Assembly: GCF_006345805.1 (NCBI RefSeq)
Contig: NC_043021.1
Span: 12,896,001-12,960,000 of the forward strand
Direction of reading: 5' to 3'
DNA: 64,000 nt
DNA from: Octopus sinensis
Lineage: Eukaryota
Shown: positions 24,100 to 34,124 of the stretch, piece after piece
Layout of the letters: each line of letters begins with the position of its first letter
Position numbering within the stretch: position 1 is the stretch's first letter
The notes under the pieces: generated by a model
Database searches by the model: none
Told to the model about the DNA's origin: nothing
The model's input: the letters and a program-made list of their open reading frames with translations, nothing else
Made by a program: the position numbers and the translations under genes

Positions 24100-26991
24100 C
24101 AAATTTGCAGAAACCAAGAGACAAAGACAGGTGTAGGAACAACAAGCAGGTGTATTAGTTTAATGCTCAGGCAAAATGGAAAAGTCTTTTATGTTTTGAG
24201 CCTATGCTCTTTAACAGAAAGGATTAAGAGGAAAAAAATGGAGCGAGAAAAAAAATGTGTGGAGATTGATTGTTCAACATGAGTCAACCTAGCTAAAACC
24301 AAAGCCCTGATAAGTAGGAAGGCAGACAAACCACAAATCCCTTCAGGTAGACAGCCCTGCTTGATCTGTAGAAAAGGAGTAGGTAGAAACTTTATAAGGT
24401 GTACCTAGTGTAAGCTATGGACACATAAGAGGTGCAGCAATATCAAAGGAAGGCTAACTGGGAAGATAGTTTTTGTATGTGGCAGATGCTCAGGAGCAAT
24501 AAACACTGAAAATGTGCAGAGAACAACTTCTGCCACATTCCAGGGAGAAAAACTAGAAGTAGTTGATAGCTTCTGTTACCTAGGTGACCGAGTCAGTAGT
24601 GAGGGTGGGTGCTCTGAAAGTGTAGCTGCTAGAATAGGAATAGCCTGGCCAAAGTTCAGAGAGCTCCTACTTCTGCTGGTGACAAAGGGCCTCTTGCACA
24701 GAGTAAAAGGTAGACTGTATGATGCATGTGTACGAACAGCCATGCTACATGGCAGTGAAACATGGGCTGTGACTGCTGAGGACATGCGTAAGCTTGCAAG
24801 GAATGAAGCCAGTATGCTCCGATGGATGTGTAATGTCAGTGTGCATACTCAACAGAGTGTAAGTGCCTTGAGAGAAAAGCTGGACCTAAGAAGCATCAGA
24901 TGTGGTGTGCAAGAGAGATGACTGCACTGGTATGGTCATGTGTCAAAGAACCAAGGAGGGTATCAGATGATCGTGAGATGTGCTAAAAACAATAGCTAAA
25001 TTGTCCTTAAATCACACACAGGAAATTTTTTTTGCAAATATGAATTCCTGTGTGTTGAAGACAAATTCATAAAAATTTTCTGAAAATTCCCCAATACAAA
25101 AGAGTTATAAAGGGTTATCTGGGGGTGCTTAAACCAGAATTAGAAACAATTGTAGGAGAATACTTACCTGTCACCAACTAACTGTACATTATTTTCTTGT
25201 ATTCCTAGAATTCTGCAGCTGTCATAAAGTTCCTTTTTTCTTGTATCTGCCAACTGCATGTAAGTACCTGGTGGGGATAAGATTAAAAATAAGAATTAAA
25301 CAATGGTTTCAAATTTTGGCACAAGGCCAGCAACTTTGGGGGTGGTTTAGATGACTACACAACCATGAATGCCACCCTTATGGATGCATTGCAGGTACTC
25401 TCTTGCTGGAGTTTGGTGATCCTGACCATTGATCTTCTGGGATTCCTCTGCTCAGTATCAATGTAAGAAACACTGTTGAATCATTTGAGCTCTTCCGCTA
25501 CATCTTCACAATCCATCAAGCTGCAGTTCCACAACATTACTGTATTCTTGGCAGAGAGGCTAAACAGCTGCTCTTTCTTGCCAAAGGCCAACCTGTAACT
25601 GTGTAGGGCAATGTCATCACTGCAAGGTATCCTCAAAATACCTGCATACCCAATTAGTGAAACAAAAGCAGTAAATTTCTACAGAAATATGATATCAAAA
25701 GGGTTATTGTTCAAAAGAAGGAATTAACAAGTTATTAAGCTGAAGATGAGTTCAGGCCAAATAAGCAGACTTTTGATCAAAGGTGTATGATTCCTGATAT
25801 GACCGTCCATATTTAACCCTTTAACACTTAAACTGAACATGCCTGGCAAAAATAGTCTATCTGTTTTATGTTCAAACTGACTAGATCTGGTGTCTTACAC
25901 CTACCCTACAATGTCATTCTAAAAATAAACAATCTCATCATCGAAATCCGGTAGTTATAAGATGATGCATGGTGAATTCAAAACAATATGAATAAATAAG
26001 CATTGCATTTGACAGAATAATCTGAATGCTAAAGCGTTTAATAGTCATCATCATCGTTTAACGTCTGCTTCCCATGCTAGCATGGGTTGGAAATTGGTGA
26101 ATTTGCAGAGTTGTTAAAAGTATCAGATAAAATTTCTACCAGCTTTTTTTGTTCCAGAGTAAATTCCTGTTGAGGTCAACTTAGTATTTTAATCTTTTTG
26201 GGTTGATAGGGTACATTTTTTTTTTATCTCTTATCTTTTACATGTTTGTCATTTGACTGCGGTCATGGGCGATGCGGGTGGGTGGGGGTCGTTAAAAATT
26301 TTTTTACTTATTTTTATAAAGCCTGGTACTTATTTTATCGGATACTTTTGCCAAACTGCTAAGTTGCAGGAACATAAACACTCCAACGCCAGCTGTCAAT
26401 CAGAGGTGGGGAACAAACACAGACACACACGACGGGCTTCTTTCAGTTTCCGTTTACCAAGTCCACCCATAAAGCATTGGTCGGCCATAGGCTATAGCAG
26501 AAAATTGAACCGAGAACCATGTTGTTATGAAGCAAATATCTTACAACACAACCACTCCTGCGTCTATGAGCATTTTTTTAAACATATAGTTTTAGTATAA
26601 TTCGGGTGAAAACCTCGTAGAGTGCATTTAAGGGATCATATGTCGTTATTTGGCTCCCACATGTTATCCTACAGTAGGAAATACTCCAGGGTTCGATACA
26701 CATGCAGAATCCCTCTTTGCCAAAGATCAATACAAGGATAACATAACAGGAAGGTGGAGAATATCAGGCTTTAATAGGAGATCACAAACATTTGTTTCTG
26801 CACCGCACAACTTTCAGGTGCTGAGTTTATATTCACATACCATTACAGAACATAGTTCTAATTATTAAAATATATTTGAATATTTTTCAGCAACAGCCGT
26901 GTGCGGGCGCTTCAACAGAAATTCGCCTCCGTATTTGTATGGAGTCTTGTAGTTCATCGCGTCTGGTGAATCAACACAAACACACACATAC

Positions 26992-27047
<56 letters not shown>

Positions 27048-27874
27048 GCATGGTCAAACCTTTGATCATAAGGCTGCTAGACTAAGCGTAACTTGGGGTT
27101 AAAGGTGATTGAAAAATCTTCTGAGAAGGAAATGCCGCATCAATGATATGTAAAAAATGAATTGAAGTAAAGAAAATATCAATACTTTTTAACGTTTTGA
27201 AAATTATTAAGTGTTATATAACAAATATAATCATTAAGCATTAGTACTGTTTTTAATTGTTAATTTTATTTATTTATGTATTTCGAGAATTAATGAAACA
27301 AGTTCGATGAGCTCATCGCAAAATAATACAATCCTGATGTAAGAATTAGAGTAGAGGTACAACAGTAAAAATTTCAAGTTTTCGTGTTTCTTTGTTTTTT
27401 ATTTATTTATTATTAGTTTTTTTTTTAACATTAGAATAAAAATATGGCAAAATTTGTACAAATTGTAATTTAAGATGCAAAACACAGTTATTTCCTACAA
27501 TACGTTCGGCGATGAAAACAAGAAGAAATTTAAGAAAAAATTTGAATTCGAGATGAATGTAAATTTATTACATAAACACTATCAAAGGCTATGTAGTTAT
27601 GTGTGTGTGTGTGTATTAATGATATATACTGACCGTCAGATAAGCATAAAACCGAAACATGCTTCTGTCTTCGAATGAAATCAAAAATAGAAGGGGAGAA
27701 AAACATGCATTCATCATCCGGATGAGCTGTTACAACTAACAAATGCTGCCATTTATCGGCTTGTTTTCGCCAGGCTCCGCTTTTAAAATGCGATAACAAT
27801 AAATAAATGAGAAAACTGATGCACACGAACGGGATAAACACCGAGAGAAAGTGCAGGAAGACACCCCACAACAT
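10974..27874 (-). CDS. PIGL: N-acetylglucosaminyl-phosphatidylinositol de-N-acetylase, complete 7-exon gene, 261 aa
   Basis: Exons 27874-27634, 25267-25168, 22213-22123, 18546-18479, 16170-16139, 12520-12390 and 11096-10974 join in frame (786 nt) with GT-AG boundaries. The protein has an N-terminal hydrophobic anchor, the AHPDDE motif, the TFD..GxSGHxNH motif and C-terminal HSTQITWYR...FSRYMLINTL, all typical of PIG-L. Confidence 0.96.
12390..12520 (-). CDS. PIGL: PIGL exon 6
   Basis: 131 nt; (G)INFYSLETTNILRKYVSFLDIPLSTVLTSKCYISTISAAIRAV|gtaagc. Confidence 0.95.
12790..13270 (+). repeat. Tandem repeat of 98/100-bp units (about 4.7 copies) derived from family B
   Basis: AAAACTGACC recurs at 12891, 12989, 13089 and 13187. 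Confidence 0.9.
16139..16170 (-). CDS. PIGL: PIGL exon 5
   Basis: 32 nt; tttttcag|GAAACTG...GTCAG|gtatgt; (R)KLLQDGRAPS(G); phases fit both neighbours. Confidence 0.9.
16443..16521 (-). pseudogene. tRNA-like relic (possibly Thr-CGT-like) or solo SINE head
   Basis: GGCAGTT/GGCTGCC acceptor stem, A box TAGCTTAATTGG, T arm GTGAG-TTCAAAT-CTCAT; anticodon stem broken. Confidence 0.5.
16874..17290. mobile_element. Fold-back element, rearranged copy
   Basis: Same termini as the other copies; TATTGAATCTC duplicated at 16863-16873 and 17291-17301. Confidence 0.8.
18479..18546 (-). CDS. PIGL: PIGL exon 4
   Basis: 68 nt; VLTFDQYGISGHNNHCSIYYGC(R)|gtgagt; carries the HxxH motif. Confidence 0.95.
18680..19944 (+). 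mobile_element. Full-length decayed mariner (DD34D) transposon, 1265 bp
   Basis: TA|TTAGGTTGTTTCACATGAAAT ... ATTTCATGTGAGACAACCGAA|TA (TIRs plus TA duplication). The transposase pseudo-ORF at 18836-19865 has LITCDEKWILFDN, LLHDNAQPH and HPPYSPHISPTDY, with stops and frameshifts. Confidence 0.93.
22123..22213 (-). CDS. PIGL: PIGL exon 3
   Basis: 91 nt; (S)CFPDDPSRIWNEELVARIILKHLLIIKPDV|gtaagt. Confidence 0.95.
23878..24064. repeat. Inverted repeat, ~57-bp arms with ~68-bp spacer (one-armed relative at about 52080-52220)
   Basis: GCAGCGTGGAAGG...CTGTTAGATTC / GAATCTAACGG...CCTTCCACGCTGC. Confidence 0.8.
24280..24945 (+). mobile_element. RTE-clade LINE reverse transcriptase C-terminal fragment with embedded PHD-like finger
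   Basis: VNLAKTKALIS...LEVVDSFCYLG...RLYDACVRTAMLHGSETWAVT...EASMLRWMCNV...LHWYGHV; in-frame stops. Confidence 0.9.
25168..25267 (-). CDS. PIGL: PIGL exon 2
   Basis: cag|GTACT...GACAG|gtaagt, 100 nt; (G)TYMQLADTRKKELYDSCRILGIQENNVQLVGD. Confidence 0.95.
27634..27874 (-). CDS. PIGL: PIGL exon 1
   Basis: ATG at 27874; MLWGVFLHF...LLVVTAHPDDECMFFSPSI...LCLSDG; donor G|gtcagt, phase 1. Confidence 0.95.
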
Positions 27875-30396
27875 GACAACAAGAAGGAGGTTTGTCTTCC
27901 TCTCAAAAATTAACCGAATGCGTTGAAATCGTGTTGAACCGACTGTGCGGTGAAGAATGAAAATGTGTCGCTAGTTATTAAAATGACCGGTTTAAAAAAA
28001 AAATGTTATCTTGCGATATTTAAATTTCTTTTGCCAGAATTTTTATCTGAAACTGTATATTGAAACCAGCGTTTACTATATTTTTGAAAAAGCCATAATT
28101 CATAAAGCCTATAAACACGCTGGCAAGTGTGATTATAGTCTTCGAAAATATAAGAGGCTTTTTAAAATACTTTTTATCTTTTGATTTTGAATCTGTTTTG
28201 CGAGAATTCTGATTTCAGAATATTATTGGCATACTCCTCATCAAATTTTTTCCATATAATTTTCAGAAAAATTGTTATTATCTACCTACCAATCCATCCA
28301 TCCATCCATCCATCTACTTACCTGTCTATTGATCCATCTACCTACTTTTATATCCAAAACCCTATTATAGCAAATAAAATTTTCTTATACCTTCATCTAT
28401 TTTACTGCCTTTTGTTGTCTTTCTTTTCTCTTCTATTATCTTCTTTTATTGTTTTTTCTTATCTCTCCTTCTAATGGCATTATCTTGTTATCTCACTAGA
28501 ATCCATAGGTTTCTATATGATGTCTTTAAAAAAAAATTTTTCAATACATTGCTTTTCCTATTTCTGCTCTTGTTTTGCCACCTTTCTGTTTTGGTTATGG
28601 ATATGTTCACGTTTCCTAATGTCATCATCATCAACATCACCATCATTCAACATCCATTTTCCATGCTAGCATGCGTTAGATGGTTGAACTGGAGTTGGTA
28701 AACCAGACAGCTGCACTAGGTTCCAGCTGTCTATTTTGGCTTGCTTTCCATGGTTGAATACCTTTCCTAATGCCAACCACTTTAAAACAAAGTGTACTGG
28801 ATGTCTTTTACATGCCACTGGTATACTCTTTTAGTCTTTTACTGGTTTCAGTCATTTGACTGTGGCCATGCTGGAGCACCACCTTTAGTCAAGCAAATCG
28901 ACTAGTACTTATTCTATCAGTCTCTTTTACCGAACCACTAAGTTACGGGGACATAAACACACCAGCATTGGTTATCAAGCGATGTTGGGGGTGGGGACAA
29001 ACACAGACACACAAACATATACACACACACACATATATATACACATATACGATGGGCTTCTTTCAGTTTCCGTCTATCAAATCCACTCACAAGGCTTTGG
29101 TCAGCCCGAGGCTATAGTAGAAGACACTTGCCCAAGGTGCCATGTGGTTTGTAAGCAAACTACTTATCACACAGCCACTCACGTGCCTTTTACATGTCAG
29201 TGGCACAGGTGCCTTTTTTCATGTCACTGGCATGGGTACCTTTAATGTGACACTGACACTGACCACAACCACAATTTCACTTAGATAGATGTATCTTCTC
29301 AAGCACAGCAAATCGCCAGAAGTCTCAGTCATTTGTCAGCACTTCTGTGAAACTTGGCAACTGATGATCATAAAAACAGGTAAAGACCCCCTTTGGTTAT
29401 GAAGGGCCATGAGATTGCACCTAGAAATTTTCCCTCCAAGGCACAAGTCCGAGCAAGGTTGTTTATGGAGGATCAGCAGTCACCCATGCATACCAGCCTC
29501 CTCTCTCCATGCCACCAATATTCTTTTCAGCTCTAGGCACAAGGCCCAAAATTTTTTGGGCGGGGGCCAGTTGATTAGATCGATCCCCAGGACGCAACTG
29601 GTACTTAATTTATTGACTCCGAAAGCATGAAAGGCAAAGGTGACCTTGGTGGAATTTGAACTCAGAACGTAATGACAGATGAAATGCTGCTAAGCATTTC
29701 TCCTGGTGTGCTAACATTTCTTATTTCTTTACTGCCCACAAAGGGCTACACACAGAGGGGACAAACAAGGACAGACAAAGGGATTAAGCCGATTACATCA
29801 ACTGGTACTTAATTTATTGACCCCAAAAGGATGAAAGGCAAAGTCAACCTCAGCGGAATTTGAACTCAGAACATAACGGCAGATGAAATACCGCTAAGCA
29901 TTTCCCCCGGTGTGCTAACATTTCTGCCAGCTCACTGTCCTAAGACTTCCTTCTTGATGATGACATGAGCATGGCAAAGGGGCACATATCAAAGCTTTAG
30001 ATAAAAACATTGGTCAAAAACAAAATTCACCAGAAAATAAAATGGATTACTGTGGATTAAACCTTTTGTCACTATATTTCTATTGAGATGCTCTGTGTTT
30101 CTTTCAATTAATTTTAAGTATAACAAAGAATTTAGTAAAATAATTTTGTTATCATTAAGCTAGTTTTAGGAACATAAATTGTGACTATGGTTTGGTGGAA
30201 GATTTTAATTCGGAGCTTTTGAAATCAGAGCTTTTGTACTACAGAGCCAGAGGCGGTTTCAGGTGGATTGATATCAAAAGGGTTAAACATACACATACAC
30301 ACACACACACACAAATAGAAAAAAAAAAGAGAATAAAAGAAAGGAAAAAACTGACAGAAATCTTCATAAGACTCATTCTCAAAAGTGAATATTCTG

Positions 30397-30402
30397 TTTA
30401 TT
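30397..30402 (-). terminator. Candidate polyadenylation signal of CFAP251
   Basis: AATAAA on the minus strand about 36 nt after the stop codon. Confidence 0.45.
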
Positions 30403-30437
30403 CAGAGATGATGGGAAAGAACGAAAAGTTTACAGAA

Positions 30438-30643
30438 TTAAAACTCAAGATTTCGTAAGCCAAGAAGTTTTGATGCAAATTCAGGGGCTGATATATATTC
30501 TGGTAAATTCTTGCAGATCTTCACGGTGAGTTCTTCCTCAGTGAGTCTGGGAACTGTCTTTGTGTCATCATCATAGTCTGTTTTTGAAGGCAAGCTTAGA
30601 CCCGCCAGTATCTCACACAGTTCGTCTGACTTTATGTGTTCTC
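30438..30643 (-). CDS. CFAP251: CFAP251 terminal exon
   Basis: 206 nt; [15 protein letters not shown]...[22 protein letters not shown]. Confidence 0.93.
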
Positions 30644-32665
30644 CTGAAATAAACAAGATGTATTGCTAAGGTGCCCGAGAAAACAGATTAAAGACCTCCC
30701 TCTACATACAACAGAATGAAAACTCTTTAGTTAGTTAGATTTATGAAAAGGGTACTTCTAATTTAGTACACAGCTACACTAACTGGATTGTTAACTATAT
30801 CACTTGCCACTGTTTTTATAAAAGGCAAAGTTGGTGAAAGTTTTATAGTGACTAATTATCTAAGATAACTTAGTTATCATTAAGCTAGTGTTAGGAACAT
30901 AAATTGTGACTAAGGTTTGGTGGAAGATTTTAATTCAAAACTTACGAAAACAAGACATTTGCACTACAGAACCAGAGGTAGTTTCAGCCGGGTTTGTATC
31001 GAAAGGATTAATTCAAGACAATGTGAATGAACAAGCATTACATTTAACAGAGTAATATGAATCTGAAGGGTTTAACTGGCTGTAACTGGCTTCTCATACT
31101 TACCTGCAATGCCATTCTAAAAGTAAAACAGTCACATCATCAAAATCTCAAAGCTACAAGCTGATGCAGGATTAATTCACGTACATTTGACACAGTAATC
31201 AGTATGCAAAAGGGTTCAAGTATCACTGTTTACCTTCAGCCTGCAAGATGTCTAACAATTCCTCAGTCAACAAACAAGGATTGCCCTCATCGTCATCACA
31301 TGTGGCAAGAGTATCAAAGGCCCACTTCAACTGTTCAGTAGAGGGTGGCACCAACGGCCGGTGGTTAATTAACACTGATATATAAAACGAACACAAGATA
31401 TTAATGAATGTCTGTAGCAACTAGATGGCCAATAAACAAATAAATAAAATATTGTATAAATAAGTGCAGGTGTGGCTTCCCAACCACATGGTTCTAGGTT
31501 CAGTCCTACTTGGTGGTGTGGAGGCGCAATGGCCCAGTGGTTAGGGCAGCAGACTCGCGGTCGTAGGATTGCGGTTTCGATTCCCGGACCGGGCGTTGTG
31601 AGTGTTTATTAAGCGAAAACACCTAAAGCTCCATGAGGCTCCGGCAGGGATGGTGGTGATCCCCGCTGTACTCTTTCACCACAACTTTCTCTCACTCTTA
31701 CTTCATGTTTCTGTTGTACCTGTATTTCAAAGGGCTGGCCTTGTCACTCTCTGTGTCACGCTGAATATCCTCGAGAACTACGTTAAGGGTACACGTGTCT
31801 GTGGAGTGCTCAGCCACTTACACGTTAATTACACGAGCAGGCTGTTTCGTTGATCAGATCAACCGGAACCCTCATCGTTGTAACCGACGGAGTGCTTCCC
31901 TACTTGGTGGAACCTTGGGCAAGTGTCTTCCGCTATAACGTTAGGCCAACCAAAGCCTTGTGAGTGAATATGGCAGATGGAAACTTAAAGAAAAATAAGT
32001 GCATGCCCTCTGTAGGGCTCGTGAAAAGGGCTCTGTCTTCTTAGAACTGACGCTCCAAATGAGGTTCCATCTCCAAAGGGTTAAAGGACAATGATGATGA
32101 CGATGATGTTGAAATACAACGAGAGAGTAAAATAGAGCCTGTGAAAGACTGAATTAAAATTTGTTTTAAGGAAGCAAAAACAGTTTGTCGTTGAGCATCA
32201 TACCAATGTGATCACTGAAGTAGGCTTCTGCTGATGAATCTGTTTTATCCTGACTAGGTCATCACCTGGCAGCATAGTGACAGGTAACAACTAGTTAATA
32301 TATAACTCTGATGGAAGGTTTTAATTTACATCATTTTAGAACAGAAAGTTTGCATCATAGAACCAAAGTGGATTGATATCAAAAAAAGGTAACTACTTTC
32401 ATGGTTTCACTCCTATAAATTCTCACCTTATTCTAAGTCACCTTTGGTTTGTTTGACACCCAAAATGAAAATGAACATTCATATCTTACAGTTCTATATT
32501 TAAGAGATGAGGAATTATGTACATTATTTACATTTAATGGATATTTGTCCTCATCTTGTTTGTTGTTAACACAACTTTTCGGCTGGTATACCCTCCAGCC
32601 TTCTTCAGGTGTCTTGGGGAAATTTCGAACCTGGGATCTCATTCCTAAGATATTTTTTGATGTTA

Positions 32666-32705
<40 letters not shown>

Positions 32706-34080
32706 CATCATCATTATTGTTATTGTTATTGTTCAGAGTGCGGGCTACTAACCCCAAGATTCTGAGTTCGATTCCAAGCAGTGACCTGAACAATAACAAT
32801 AACAATAACAACAACATTAATAATAATAATAACATTGAAAAATACCTCAGGAATGAGAACTCAGGTTCGAAATTTCCCCAAGACACCTGATGAAGGCTGG
32901 ATGGGTATATCAGCCGAAACGTTGTGTTAACAACAAACAAGTTGAGGACAAACATCCATCGAATGTAAATAATGTACATATCTTGGCCCTTAAACTCCTC
33001 TTCACTAGTTGTAGGAGGAACTTTGATGTTCCTCATATCATCATTTCAATCCCCATTTTTCCACTTTTGTCTGGTTCAAAGAGAATCTGTTGAGGCAAAT
33101 TTTCTATGGACAGACACTCTTCCTGTCACCAACCCTCACCTAAATGCGAGCAAAGTAATATTTCCCCATGGCTGGACATGTTTTCATGGGGACACTGTAA
33201 ATGTAGGACACTGCTTGCATGACAATGGCACTCATTTACAACTATCACATGAAGTCAAGGCTGGGAGACAGTAACACACCTGCACGCATAAACACACCCA
33301 CAATAGGTGGCAGAATCGTTAGCACGCCGGGCAAAATGCTTAGCAGTATTTTGTCTGCCGCTACGTTCTGAGTTCAAATTCCGCCAAGGTCGACTTTGCC
33401 TTTCATGCTTTCAGGGTCGATTAAATAAGTACCAGTTACACACTGGGGTCGATGTAATCGACTTAATCTGTTTGTCTGTCCTTGTTTGTTCTCTCTGTGT
33501 TTAGCCTCTTGTGGGTAGTAAAGAAATAGGTATCTTTCAGTTTCCGTATACCGAATCCAGTCACAAGGCTATAGTAAAAGGAACCAGTCCAAGGTACCAT
33601 GTAGTGCAATTGAACCTGAAGCCATGTGGTTAGGAAGCAAACTTCTTAACCACACAGCCATGCCCAAATTCTTGGTTTTCTCGGGAGGTTGAAAAGAAAG
33701 AAGTCATTCTAATGAAACCATTGACTTTAAAAGCTGAAAGAAAATATATTAAAACAAAACAAAAACAAACAAAAAACAATAAATAAAAATACAGCACCGT
33801 TACGATCAAAAGTGGATATCTGTTGGAACTTACATTTTAGAAAATCACCAATATTTATGCTGTCTTTAAACGTTTCAGTTTCCACATAATCAGTAAATTT
33901 CACCTCGTTGTCTATGTTTGCCAACTGAAGACATTGAAAAGAAAAAAGAAACCAAAATGTCATAAAACTATTTATTTAAAGCAGGGGTTCTCAACCATTT
34001 TTTCATCTATGGATCTCCTTTGATTGCTATTTTATCCTGGTAGACCTCCATAGCCATTTGATGTTTAAAAACTAGTTTTT

Positions 34081-34124
<44 letters not shown>

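Noticed and set aside
26780-26830. Hammerhead-like minus-strand motif CTGAAAG...GAAAC AAAT GTT
   Set aside because: Core is not CUGANGA and stems I and II pair poorly
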